This document shows, in pieces, positions 42,097 to 52,637 of a stretch of 64,000 bases of DNA (its first letter is position 1; each line of letters begins with the position of its first letter). The position numbers were made by a program, and so were the translations under genes. This stretch comes from a virus (Duplodnaviria > Heunggongvirae > Uroviricota > Caudoviricetes): the IMG/VR virus record IMGVR_UViG_3300029841_000001, positions 64,001 to 128,000 of that record; one strand, written 5' to 3'. The notes beneath the pieces were generated by a model. The model saw only the letters and a list, made by a program, of their open reading frames with translations, made no database searches and was not told the origin of the DNA.

Positions 42097-42711
42097 ATGA
42101 ACAGTAAAACAATTTGTTATGATGATATTTTTGAATTTTGCGAAGATGTAGATTCTAGTTTTTTGAGAAAATATTACGCTGCGATGAAAGATAATTCTAC
42201 TGTAGATATTACTATTGCAGCAAAGTACGACACATCAAGAAAGATCATTAATATTCTTACTGATTATGGATTTGAAATTGCAAATATTGATTTTCATGAT
42301 GCGATATGTGACGGGTATAAAGATGAGTTTGTTATCTCTCTATGTTATGGACTAAATCACAGCAATGCAATGGAGATTTGGTGTAAACCTGCAAAACGTG
42401 AAAATGGATATATTATTTTTGACGGTGATGAAATTTATATCTTTGACGAATGTAATAGTAAGATTATGAATAAAGTTGAATCAAATGATGTATATATCGT
42501 AGAACTACATGATGAAATTGAAAAAGAATACGATGACTTTACAGATGATCTTGAACTTGGAAATTGCAATGGTGATTGTGAAAGTTGTCATGAGTACAAT
42601 GTAAATGATGATACGGATGATGAGTATGTAAATCTGAAACTTACTAAAGATGAAGCAGAAACACTTCATAAACTTTATCATGTATTTGGACTACTTGATC
42701 TCGTTATTTGA
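42097..42711 (+). CDS. Hypothetical acidic protein
   Basis: ORF with RBS. Confidence 0.7.
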   Translation: MNSKTICYDDIFEFCEDVDSSFLRKYYAAMKDNSTVDITIAAKYDTSRKIINILTDYGFEIANIDFHDAICDGYKDEFVISLCYGLNHSNAMEIWCKPAKRENGYIIFDGDEIYIFDECNSKIMNKVESNDVYIVELHDEIEKEYDDFTDDLELGNCNGDCESCHEYNVNDDTDDEYVNLKLTKDEAETLHKLYHVFGLLDLVI

Positions 42712-42981
42712 TGTTTATTATCATAGTTTAGCCTTTCTTTAGGGTGCGTAGGTGTCATAGCTTACGCACTCTTTTTGTTTCCATTGGATTGTTTTGTTCA
42801 ATGGAGAATTAATTATTAGGTGGGATTGATAATCCATTAAAGAGTAAACGTAGGATGGTTGGTACTCTCCTATCTCTGAACCTCTGTAAATATTAACTGG
42901 TTGGTCAGTTAGACCAATAAAGAGAATTACAAGCGTATGCTTATCTCTACCTTCAATTTTATTATTGGAGGAATTTTTAAA

Positions 42982-43713
42982 ATGGATGAAATTATTTTAA
43001 GAAATGAAAACGGACAAATTTTAGCAAGTAGTCGTGAAGTTGCTGATAGATTCGGTAAAAATCACAAAGACGTGCTTGAATCAGTTAGAAATCTCACTGC
43101 GGAAAATTCCGCCGTGAAAGATATGTTTCAAATTTCTCAATATACAAATTCAAGAGGAAGAAATTATGATCAGTATCTTATGAATCGTGATGGATTCTCA
43201 CTTCTTGCAATGGGATTCACTGGTAAAAAAGCATTGGAATGGAAATTAAAATATATTAATGCTTTTAATATGATGGAAGAAAAATTAAATCATCCTTATA
43301 AATTACCATCTACATATAAAGAAGCTCTAATACAGCTAGTTGAAAAAGTTGAAGAAAACGAAAGATTGCTAGAAGACAATGAACATAAACAAGAAATTAT
43401 TAATGGATTTACAGATGATATTGATATTTATAAGAAGAAAGATATTATCAATAGAATTTGTAGACATAGACATGAAAATTATGCAAATAGATATACAGAA
43501 TTATATCGTTGCTTTAGAGAAATTAATCATATAGATCTTGAAGCAAGATGCGAAGGATATAATTTAAAACAAACAAAAAAGAAAGATAAACTATCAGTAA
43601 TTAGATATGCTGAACAGTTTGGTCATATTGATGATTTATATTCTTGTTGTGTTAAGTTATATGAATCGGAAGTGAAAGCAATTATTGAGCAATTAAACGA
43701 GTTGCAAAATTAA
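42982..43713 (+). CDS. Rha-family phage regulatory protein
   Basis: SSREVA..FGK.HKDVL...MNRDGFSLLAMGFTGKKA.EWKLKYINAF. Confidence 0.9.
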   Translation: MDEIILRNENGQILASSREVADRFGKNHKDVLESVRNLTAENSAVKDMFQISQYTNSRGRNYDQYLMNRDGFSLLAMGFTGKKALEWKLKYINAFNMMEEKLNHPYKLPSTYKEALIQLVEKVEENERLLEDNEHKQEIINGFTDDIDIYKKKDIINRICRHRHENYANRYTELYRCFREINHIDLEARCEGYNLKQTKKKDKLSVIRYAEQFGHIDDLYSCCVKLYESEVKAIIEQLNELQN

Positions 43714-43787
43714 AAACGTGGAGAGTTTAGTGAATAATTATCACCCACTCTCCTTTTATTATATAAAAATTGAAAGGAAGTGAGTAA

Positions 43788-44741
43788 GTGGCAGAACGAA
43801 GTAAACGTGTATATTTATATGATAAAGATAAAATGGAACATATCAACCCAGAGACATTAAAATTATTTCAAAAATATCAAGTTGATATGTCTATTAGAGA
43901 TTTATCAAAAAATACCGTGGAACAATATAATGCGGATTTAAAACAGTGGTTCATCTTCATGTATATTAATCAATATAATTTATCTGTATTAGAAGCAACA
44001 GAGGATGATATTACTGAATATTATTATTGGCGAAAACAACAAGGAAACAATGTAAATAGACAAAAACGAGTTATGGCATCTATATCTGCTTTTTACAAAT
44101 TCCTTAGAAAAAAGAAAATCATTAAAGAATCACCCGTAGAATTTATTGATAGACCTAAACAGGGACAGCCAATTGCTGTTCAAACTTATTTAACAAAAGA
44201 GCAAGTACAATTGATGAGAGAAAAACTTGAAGAATATGGTGATATTCAATTGCAAGTATACGCTTTTATGTCATTAACTACTATGGCTAGGGTACATGCA
44301 ATTGCAAATCTTAAATGGGATCAGATTGATTTAGAACAACGTATTTGCGAAAATGTTCTTGAAAAAGAAGGAAAGATTGTAGAATTAAGTTTTTCAGAAG
44401 AAACAAAAGGTTATCTTGAAAAATTAATTGAATATAGAAAAGAAAATAATATCAATGATTACGGATGGTTATTTGCAACTCCATTTGTAAATGCTGATAA
44501 TCCAATTCAAGATAGTACATTAAATAGTTGGTGTAAAAAAATTGGAAGCATGATTGGAGTACCAACGTTCCATCCTCATGATTTTCGTCATAGCTATGCG
44601 ACTCTGCTTCGCAACGCTGGTGTGAGTTTGGAGGATGTATCTACTATGCTGAATCACTCTGGAACGGATGTTACGAAGAAATTTTATATTAAAGTAGATA
44701 CTACAAAAGTAAGGAAATTAAAAGATAGTGTAATAATTTAA
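43788..44741 (+). CDS. XerC/D-like tyrosine recombinase
   Basis: SAM-like N domain; AR, EK, HDFRH, LNH and FY catalytic residues. Confidence 0.9.
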   Translation: MAERSKRVYLYDKDKMEHINPETLKLFQKYQVDMSIRDLSKNTVEQYNADLKQWFIFMYINQYNLSVLEATEDDITEYYYWRKQQGNNVNRQKRVMASISAFYKFLRKKKIIKESPVEFIDRPKQGQPIAVQTYLTKEQVQLMREKLEEYGDIQLQVYAFMSLTTMARVHAIANLKWDQIDLEQRICENVLEKEGKIVELSFSEETKGYLEKLIEYRKENNINDYGWLFATPFVNADNPIQDSTLNSWCKKIGSMIGVPTFHPHDFRHSYATLLRNAGVSLEDVSTMLNHSGTDVTKKFYIKVDTTKVRKLKDSVII

Positions 44742-44994
44742 TCCGTCCCAAATCCCAACTCCCCAAAAAGCCCGTAGTGTAGACCAAACACACCTATATA
44801 GAAACAAGCGCACGACATCGGACTGTCAAACCGCTTCGGGCAAATACCTATCTTTCTATATATTTTCTTGTTTCATATAATCTCTTCTCTTGAAAAGGGC
44901 AGCTCACTACTGCCCTATCTTAAAGCAAACTTGTCCTTTACAATATTTTCCAATTGTGATAATGTAAAAATATCAAATATTGGAGGTGTTGTAT

Positions 44995-45972
44995 ATGGAG
45001 TTTAACAGAAAGACACAAACTGTCAAATCATTTGCACGAGATATGAAAAATGGGAAATACAATATGTTCCATAAACTACAGCGAAAAGAAGGACAATGGA
45101 AAAATTATGAGCAGAGTCTATTAATCGATTCAATGCTTCGCAATTATCCTGTTGATCCTATTCGTTCAGAAGAAAAAGAAGATAAAATTAGATATGTATT
45201 TGACGGTGTTCAGCGTAGCACAACTATCAGGGATTTCTTAAATGATGGATTCAAATTAAGCAAAAAGCTGAAACAAGTATCAATTGAAAATACTGTATAT
45301 GATATTGCCGGAAAGAAATTCTCACAGTTAGATGAAGTTGTCCAGGATAAAATCACAGATTATGAAATTGTACATTATATCTTTTCTGATTGTACAGATG
45401 AAGATATTCGTGAGATGTTCCGCAGACAGAATGGTGGTAAACCATTATCTAATACTCAGAAGAGAAAATCATTAGAGAGTGATGAAGTTAGTGCAATTAT
45501 CTTTGATGTTGCAAATCATCCATTCTTTGCAAAAGTATTATCTCCAACACAGTTAAAGAAAGATGTAGCAAATGATGTTGTACGTCAGACACTTATGTTG
45601 ATCAACACTACAGATGATAATGACTTTACATCGTTTAGAGCAAAAGATATTGATATATTTGTAGAATGGTATAATGAACATGTTGATGAAAAAGATATTA
45701 TTATATTAAAATCTGCTCTGTCATTCTTAGATGAAAAATTTGAAGAAAAACTCAATCTCAAGTCTACTTCTCTTCCGATGATGTTATATGCCGCATATAC
45801 ATGTGTGAAGAACGAGAAAGACTTTGATAAGTTTACAAACATTGTGCAGACATTTGTAGATAGCTATGGTAATGATATAGATTATGTTCAGTATTGCACC
45901 AGTGGTACATCTTCTGCTCAGTCTGTTCAAGGAAGATGTAACTATTGGAAGAATCTTTGCAAAGGATTATAA
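44995..45972 (+). CDS. DUF262 (ParB/Srx-like) domain protein
   Basis: LQR...W...LIDS.L...DGVQR...F.RQNGGKPL. Confidence 0.85.
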   Translation: MEFNRKTQTVKSFARDMKNGKYNMFHKLQRKEGQWKNYEQSLLIDSMLRNYPVDPIRSEEKEDKIRYVFDGVQRSTTIRDFLNDGFKLSKKLKQVSIENTVYDIAGKKFSQLDEVVQDKITDYEIVHYIFSDCTDEDIREMFRRQNGGKPLSNTQKRKSLESDEVSAIIFDVANHPFFAKVLSPTQLKKDVANDVVRQTLMLINTTDDNDFTSFRAKDIDIFVEWYNEHVDEKDIIILKSALSFLDEKFEEKLNLKSTSLPMMLYAAYTCVKNEKDFDKFTNIVQTFVDSYGNDIDYVQYCTSGTSSAQSVQGRCNYWKNLCKGL

Positions 45973-46148
45973 ATATATAGAAACTTAATATTGAAATTTA
46001 TGAGAAGTCGCCTTATTGGTGGCTTCTTTTATTATGCAAAAAAATATGCGAGTAACATGATGTCGAAAGCTACTAATGGGATGCATACTGTTTTTAGCTC
46101 TGGTTGGCTCACTACCTCCACTCGCTCTATAATAAAGGAGAAAATAAA

Positions 46149-46382
46149 ATGTATAATATTCTAATTAAATACAATGATAGCAAAAAACTATGGCAACTAT
46201 ATGGCACTACCACTTCTGCTACATCAAGTGAAGAAACATTTGTCCCATTTGAGACAGATGATTTGGAAAAATTAAAAACAGAAATTAAAACTCTTGATGA
46301 AAAATATGGTCATGAAAACATTAAAGTTGTAAAAGATGTTGCGTATGTAATAGATGTAAATATTATTGATAATAAAGAATGA
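46149..46382 (+). CDS. Hypothetical protein
   Basis: AAGGAG RBS. Confidence 0.65.
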   Translation: MYNILIKYNDSKKLWQLYGTTTSATSSEETFVPFETDDLEKLKTEIKTLDEKYGHENIKVVKDVAYVIDVNIIDNKE

Positions 46383-46755
46383 AAATGTAAGTCAAATTAG
46401 TATAAATATTATATATGAAGGAGTCATTCACGATGGCGTGGGTGGCTCTTTTATTATGCAAAAAATATAAATTAAATTTATATTCAGGTAATTCCTTACC
46501 TGTAAAGTGAGGTTATTACACTCACTAGATATCATATGGATATGATAATGGAAACAAGATAACAATGCTACTCTCCTATTTTAATTGGAGAAATCCACAG
46601 TAGATTTCGCCACTGGATAGTGAGAATAATATTACTCACTAAACATTACTTATGTAATGACGAAAAGGTATAGTAGATACTCACAATATAGAAAAATATC
46701 ATAAAGTCGATTGTCATTAAAGCAATCGGCTTAATTTTATGCAAAAATAAAGGAG

Positions 46756-47772
46756 GTGATGTTCTTGGCTAATAGAAAACCTAGACAATCAAGAGAAGAA
46801 GCGATTCGTGAGTCAATGAACTCACCAATAAAACTTGATCCAACGATCACATTTAGTATTCCAAGAGCCAATGTGCAATTCGATCCAGAAAAACATAAAT
46901 ATAAATGCTCATGTTGTGGAAAAGGATTTAATAATTTAAAACAGAATTTTCAAAAGTCTAGTAGTCCATTATTCCAGGCAAACGATGGATATTTACCTTG
47001 GTGTAAGGAATGTACTGACAAATACATGAATACGTTAGTTGCTTTCTATTGTGGTAATGAAGAACATGCAATTAAACACTTTTGTCAACAAGTGGATTGG
47101 GTATATAATATTGAACCTTTAAAAGCAGCTAGGGAAATATCTTCTGATAGAAGCAGAATTTCTCATTATGCAGCAAAGAAAAATTTGAATGTTGGAAGTA
47201 TGAAAACATATTTTGATTCTATGGTAAATGATTATGAAGAAAAACAAGGACAACTTATTCTATCCAGAGAACAAGCAAAACAGGATGATGTTAATATCTC
47301 TGCTTCTGCTGTTGATAGATGGGGTGTTGGTTTTACGGAAGCTGATTATAAAAACCTTGACGATCATTACCGTATGTTGAAAAAGAATAATCCAAATGCT
47401 GATAATAATCAGGAGATTTTTATTAAATCATTATGTAATATAAATATGCTAATGGTTAGAGCTTTAACAAAAGGTGATGCGAAAGAATATAGTAGTCTTG
47501 TTGAACAATATAGTAAGACATTTAAGCAAGCAGGATTGAGAACCATTGAAGAAAAAGATTCAAGTAATGATGAAGTTTTTGGTGTGACTCTTGCTACTAT
47601 TTCTCAATACACGCCAGAAGAATTTTATAAAGATAAAGATTTATATAGTGATTGGGATGAAATTGGAGATTATTTTGAACGTCATGTATGTAGACCAATG
47701 GAAAACATTATGACAGGAAGTGATATAAGAGACAAAGAGTTCTTTGTTCCAGAGGAAGATGAAGATGAATAA
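46756..47772 (+). CDS. Zn-finger protein upstream of terminase (YonG-like, possible small terminase)
   Basis: CSCCG and CKEC motifs; synteny. Confidence 0.6.
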   Translation: MMFLANRKPRQSREEAIRESMNSPIKLDPTITFSIPRANVQFDPEKHKYKCSCCGKGFNNLKQNFQKSSSPLFQANDGYLPWCKECTDKYMNTLVAFYCGNEEHAIKHFCQQVDWVYNIEPLKAAREISSDRSRISHYAAKKNLNVGSMKTYFDSMVNDYEEKQGQLILSREQAKQDDVNISASAVDRWGVGFTEADYKNLDDHYRMLKKNNPNADNNQEIFIKSLCNINMLMVRALTKGDAKEYSSLVEQYSKTFKQAGLRTIEEKDSSNDEVFGVTLATISQYTPEEFYKDKDLYSDWDEIGDYFERHVCRPMENIMTGSDIRDKEFFVPEEDEDE

Positions 47773-49576
47773 TTTGAATCAATATCCTGCGGATGATAAT
47801 CAAAAAGAACTATATAAGAAATTTCCTTCTACTCACTATTTGAGTAATCCTATGAATGTAATACATAGCTTGGCATGGTGTACATTTTGGCGTAGAAATA
47901 TGCATAGATTTGTAAGAGATTATTTAAAACTTTCATTATATGTTTATCAAGAATTAGCAATATACTTAATGGGTATATCTAACTTCATTTGTATAATTGC
48001 TAGTCGTAATGATGCTAAATCATTCATTATAGCATTATATGCTTGTTGCAGATGTATTCTGTACCCAGGAACAAAATTTCGTATAGGATCAGCTACAAAA
48101 AAGCAGGCTAAATTAATTGTGTCTGATAAAATACTTGACGAATTGTGCGAATGGAGTAAACCATTAAAAGCTGAGATAGCTGATTGGAGTACAAGTGAAA
48201 ATAATATTTTTGTAAAATTTAAGAATGGATCAAAGATTACTGTATTTGTAGCAAATGACAATGCTCGTGGTTTGAGATCAAATGCTATTTGTCGAGAAGA
48301 ATTTAGACAAATTGATAAAAAAATCGAAGATTCTGTTATTTCTCCATTCCAGACAGTTAGAAATCAGCCATATATGCTTAATTCATATTATGGTGAAAAT
48401 CCTGTTTTACAAGAAGATCCAGTAGATGTTTATATCAGTTCAAGTTGGATTGATAACGGAGCGTGGATTTGGGATATTGTAGATCAAGCATATACTGGTA
48501 TGCAAAAGCATAATGGTTCAGTGCTTTTGACATTTGATGAAAGTATTACATTGAAGCATCATTTAAAAACATTAAAACAGCTCATTAAGGAAAAGAAAAA
48601 ACAAGACCCGATTACATGGAAAATTGAGTTTTTAAATCTTCGTGTAAAAGATTCTATGTCTTCTTATTTTACTTATTCAATGTTAATGAATAGACAAATC
48701 TCAAAACATGTCTTTTATCCTCGTGAAACAATCGACTTTAAAACCAATAAAAGAAATAAATATGCTATTCCTAAAATTGACAATGAGGTAAGAGTAATAT
48801 CAAATGATATTGCATTTGTTGCAGGTGCACAGAATGATAATTCTGTATACGCTTGTATACGAGGTATTCCAGAATCCTCTACTTATCTTTCAAATGATAA
48901 TGAAATTGAAATCAAACAAGGTTATCGAAGACAATATCCATATATTGAATCAAATCAGATTGGTGATACTACTTTACAAGCAATTCGTATCAGACAATTA
49001 TATGAAGATTTTGATGCTGATTATATTGTCATAGATGCTAGAAATGGTGGGTTACAGATAATTTATTCATTACAAAAAGTGTTATTCGATGAAGAAAGAG
49101 GCGTAGAATATTCACCATTACGTTGCATGAATGTCGATGATTATGCAAAAGTGTGTCCTGATCCAAATGCTCCTGCTTGTATATACGCTATTAATGCTAC
49201 TCAATCATTAAATAGTGATATTGCTACAGCATTTAGAAAAAATCTTATTGAAAATAAAATAGATTTTCTTGTAAATTACAATACTGCCAAAGAAGAAATA
49301 TTATCAAATAATAATGATTATAAGAATGAAATTGATACAAATAAACAGATAGAATATGAACGACCATTCCTTGAAACACAAGCTATGATTAGTGAATGTG
49401 CAGAACTTCAATATGAAAAAATGCCACAAACAGGCATAATTAAAATTTATGAGCAAGGTAAAAATCGTAAGGATAGATATACTGCTTGTTCATATGGTTC
49501 ATATTTCTTTGACCAATTAGAACTTGATATGATGGGAAATTCAAGCGATTACGAATATTGCACCTTAATAAACTGA
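47765..49576 (+). CDS. Terminase large subunit
   Basis: ASRNDAKS Walker A-like, RGLRSNAICREE Walker B, ISS and KDRYTA nuclease motifs. Confidence 0.88.
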   Translation: MNNLNQYPADDNQKELYKKFPSTHYLSNPMNVIHSLAWCTFWRRNMHRFVRDYLKLSLYVYQELAIYLMGISNFICIIASRNDAKSFIIALYACCRCILYPGTKFRIGSATKKQAKLIVSDKILDELCEWSKPLKAEIADWSTSENNIFVKFKNGSKITVFVANDNARGLRSNAICREEFRQIDKKIEDSVISPFQTVRNQPYMLNSYYGENPVLQEDPVDVYISSSWIDNGAWIWDIVDQAYTGMQKHNGSVLLTFDESITLKHHLKTLKQLIKEKKKQDPITWKIEFLNLRVKDSMSSYFTYSMLMNRQISKHVFYPRETIDFKTNKRNKYAIPKIDNEVRVISNDIAFVAGAQNDNSVYACIRGIPESSTYLSNDNEIEIKQGYRRQYPYIESNQIGDTTLQAIRIRQLYEDFDADYIVIDARNGGLQIIYSLQKVLFDEERGVEYSPLRCMNVDDYAKVCPDPNAPACIYAINATQSLNSDIATAFRKNLIENKIDFLVNYNTAKEEILSNNNDYKNEIDTNKQIEYERPFLETQAMISECAELQYEKMPQTGIIKIYEQGKNRKDRYTACSYGSYFFDQLELDMMGNSSDYEYCTLIN

Positions 49577-49589
49577 AAGGAGGCGACAC

Positions 49590-51266
49590 ATGCCAGAAGA
49601 AGTAAAACGCAAGAGGGGTCGCCCTCCAAAACAAAAACTCATAGAACAATCATCTGCACAGAAACAAGAGCCTGTAAAACAAGAACCTATAAATGAAATT
49701 AATAGTTTTTCTGCTTCTATTTCATTTGATGCATCACAATTCTTGTTTTCGTGTGGAGTATATAATTATTTCAAAAAACAAGATATTGATAACATTCTTC
49801 GCAACCCTGTGTTGTATCATGAAGAAGCTATACGATTATCCGATTTTATATATACTAAAAATGGTATTGTCTCTAATTCAATTGATTATATGACCTCTCT
49901 TCCATGTCTTGACAAAGTAATCATATCATCTAAGAATTCCACTAAATCTAAGAAGAAAAAGAATAAAGAATTAATGCAATCAGCGTTAAAAATGATTGAT
50001 GATAAAATGTTTATTCGTGATGCATTGCATACAGAAATGCGTGAAGGAACTGCATTTTATTATTTTGATATTCGACAAGGAACTCAAGATCGTAATAAAT
50101 TTATGACTGATTATGATGTGGAGAATATAGTTGAAATTAATGAAATTGGAATCAATGCAAGAATTATTACTCTTCCATGGCGATATACTAAAATCGTAGG
50201 GAAAAAGAATGGCAGGTATGTTTTAGCTTTTAATCTGAGATATTTTGATGATTTTACAGGTGAACAACTTGACCGTAAGCTAAAGAAATATCCCCCTGAA
50301 ATTACAGAAGGATATGATAAGAAGCACAATGGATTGGTTAATGGAGATTGGATGATTCTTGATAACAACAAGACTATGGCAAGAAAAATCAAATGTAAGG
50401 ATTCTGAGCCGTGGGGTCGGAGTCTTATTATCGCAGCTCTCGAAGACGTTCTATATAAAGATTATTTTACAGATACAAAACGAAATGTATTGGATGAAAT
50501 TAATTCACGTATTATATACGAAACATTTCCAGAGGGCAAAGACAAAGGCACTTGTGCATTAAGTAAAAAACAGCAAGAAGATCAACATAATACTGTAAGA
50601 CAAGCAGTTATGAATAAAAATACTCGTGGTGGAATTAGTTTCTTTTCAGTCGCAGCAGGTACAAAACTTGATTCTATCAAAGTAGATACTGATTTATTTG
50701 ATTCTAAAAATGAGTCAGATCTGAATAATAATATCTCTCAAGATTTAGGTATCTGTGCTTCTCTTATCGGAGCAATGACTACGGGAAATTTTGCCGCAGG
50801 ACAATCAAATCTGGAAATGATTACTGCTCAATTATACTCATGGGTATATGAATGGCAACAAGAATTAAATTATGTTATTAATAAAAATATAATCAAAGAT
50901 GAAAAGAATAAAGTAGAAATTTACTACTTCCCCACTTCATTTGTAAATAAACAGACATTTTTTAATTTCTGTAAGGATTTATATATGTCTGCTGGTGGGT
51001 CTTTATCATTCTTAATTGCATCAGCGGGTATTGATCCAGATGCTTACTTTAGCGTTCTTGATCAAGAGATTGAGGATGGAATATTTGAGCGATACAAACC
51101 GCATGAAACCAGTTATACACTAAGTAAGAATCAAGAAAATTCTGGAACTTCTGTTGATGATTTGGTTGGTGGTAGACCACAAATAGATAATCCGACAAAT
51201 GAAAATACAATTACTAGCAAGGGAAATAATGCAAATGCACTTCCCTCTCCTAGTGACAATAAATAA
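49590..51266 (+). CDS. Portal protein
   Basis: Size, position after terminase and C-terminal GGRP motif. Confidence 0.78.
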   Translation: MPEEVKRKRGRPPKQKLIEQSSAQKQEPVKQEPINEINSFSASISFDASQFLFSCGVYNYFKKQDIDNILRNPVLYHEEAIRLSDFIYTKNGIVSNSIDYMTSLPCLDKVIISSKNSTKSKKKKNKELMQSALKMIDDKMFIRDALHTEMREGTAFYYFDIRQGTQDRNKFMTDYDVENIVEINEIGINARIITLPWRYTKIVGKKNGRYVLAFNLRYFDDFTGEQLDRKLKKYPPEITEGYDKKHNGLVNGDWMILDNNKTMARKIKCKDSEPWGRSLIIAALEDVLYKDYFTDTKRNVLDEINSRIIYETFPEGKDKGTCALSKKQQEDQHNTVRQAVMNKNTRGGISFFSVAAGTKLDSIKVDTDLFDSKNESDLNNNISQDLGICASLIGAMTTGNFAAGQSNLEMITAQLYSWVYEWQQELNYVINKNIIKDEKNKVEIYYFPTSFVNKQTFFNFCKDLYMSAGGSLSFLIASAGIDPDAYFSVLDQEIEDGIFERYKPHETSYTLSKNQENSGTSVDDLVGGRPQIDNPTNENTITSKGNNANALPSPSDNK

Positions 51267-51316
51267 ATTAGGTTAATCCTATTTTATATAAACAACTCAA
51301 TAAGGAGGATAAATAT

Positions 51317-52573
51317 ATGTTAAACAATATCCTCGAAATTTCTAAGCGAGTCAATAAAAATGGTCGTGTTCCAATTAAGATTGCTCTTCTCAAAATTCAT
51401 AATAATCCCAATGAAACAAATAAAAATGGATTGCATTGGAAAAAAGAATATGTAGAAAAAGCGATGGATACTGCTATCGGAATGCCTTTTTGTGCAGAAT
51501 TTGTCGATGAGGAAAAGAAAGAAATTCCATTGGGGCATGGACTTACAGGTGAAATAACTAATTCAGATGGAATCCAAGAACCTATTTTTGAAAATTCAGA
51601 AGTTGTAGGAACTTGTGAAAAAGTTAGTATTGAAACAATTAAAGATGAATCTGGTGATGATATAGAAGTTCTATGTGGAGAAGGTTTTCTTTATGCACAG
51701 CGTTATCCAAGATTTGTTAAATGGGTAAGAAAAAATTATGCACTAGGAAATGTTTTTACTTCTATTGAAATTATGGGAACTGTCGAAAATGACAATAAAA
51801 TTATTTATGAAGAATCAAATCCAACTAATAATTTTAGAACTCCAATGGAGATGGCATTTTCGGGTAGTTGCATCTTAAATATCTCACCAGCGGATGATGA
51901 TGCTGTTATTATTGAGGTCGCTCAAAAGAAAGAAAAAAAGGAGGAAAACTCAAAAATGGAATTCGATATGAATGAAATTAAAAGCGCCATCAAAGAAACT
52001 ATTTCTGAGATGAACGAAAAATCTGAGGCTTATGAAACACAGATTTCAGAGCTTAATACTCAGATTGAAAACAAGAACACAGAACTTGCAGAAAAAACTA
52101 GTATGATTGAAGAAAAAGATACTAAGATTTCTGAACTAAACGCTTCTATTGCAGATATGCAGAAACTTCTTGATGATATGAAAAAAGATCAAGAAACTAC
52201 ATGGGCTGAAATGGATATTCTTCAAAAAGAAATTGCAAAAGCAAAAGTCGCAGAAAAGCTTGGTGAACTTGATTCCGCTCTAGCAGAATTTAGTGCAGAG
52301 GAAAAAGAAGTTGCGAAGGATGATATTGAAAAGCTAAAATCTGAAATTAGTGCATGTGAAAAGAAAGAAGAGCTTAATAGTATTGATGAAAAAATCACAG
52401 CTATTAAATCTGAAATCTGTATGAGTATTGTTGCAGAACAAAAGAAAGCTGCCGCTGATGCTAAGATCGCAGAGCAAAATTCTGCTCGTAACGATGATGT
52501 AGAGGATATCTTCTCAGAGATGTGTGAAGATATTGACGCAGAAGAAAAAGAAGAAGACACAAATATTTTTTAA
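51317..52573 (+). CDS. Prohead protease/scaffold fusion
   Basis: N-terminal protease-like domain (GH, TSIEI) plus acidic coiled-coil C-terminus. Confidence 0.72.
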   Translation: MLNNILEISKRVNKNGRVPIKIALLKIHNNPNETNKNGLHWKKEYVEKAMDTAIGMPFCAEFVDEEKKEIPLGHGLTGEITNSDGIQEPIFENSEVVGTCEKVSIETIKDESGDDIEVLCGEGFLYAQRYPRFVKWVRKNYALGNVFTSIEIMGTVENDNKIIYEESNPTNNFRTPMEMAFSGSCILNISPADDDAVIIEVAQKKEKKEENSKMEFDMNEIKSAIKETISEMNEKSEAYETQISELNTQIENKNTELAEKTSMIEEKDTKISELNASIADMQKLLDDMKKDQETTWAEMDILQKEIAKAKVAEKLGELDSALAEFSAEEKEVAKDDIEKLKSEISACEKKEELNSIDEKITAIKSEICMSIVAEQKKAAADAKIAEQNSARNDDVEDIFSEMCEDIDAEEKEEDTNIF

Positions 52574-52637
52574 AGAACATTTAATTTAAAGTCCGAAAAT
52601 TCGGGCTTATTTTATTGCAAAAATTAAGGAGGACAAA

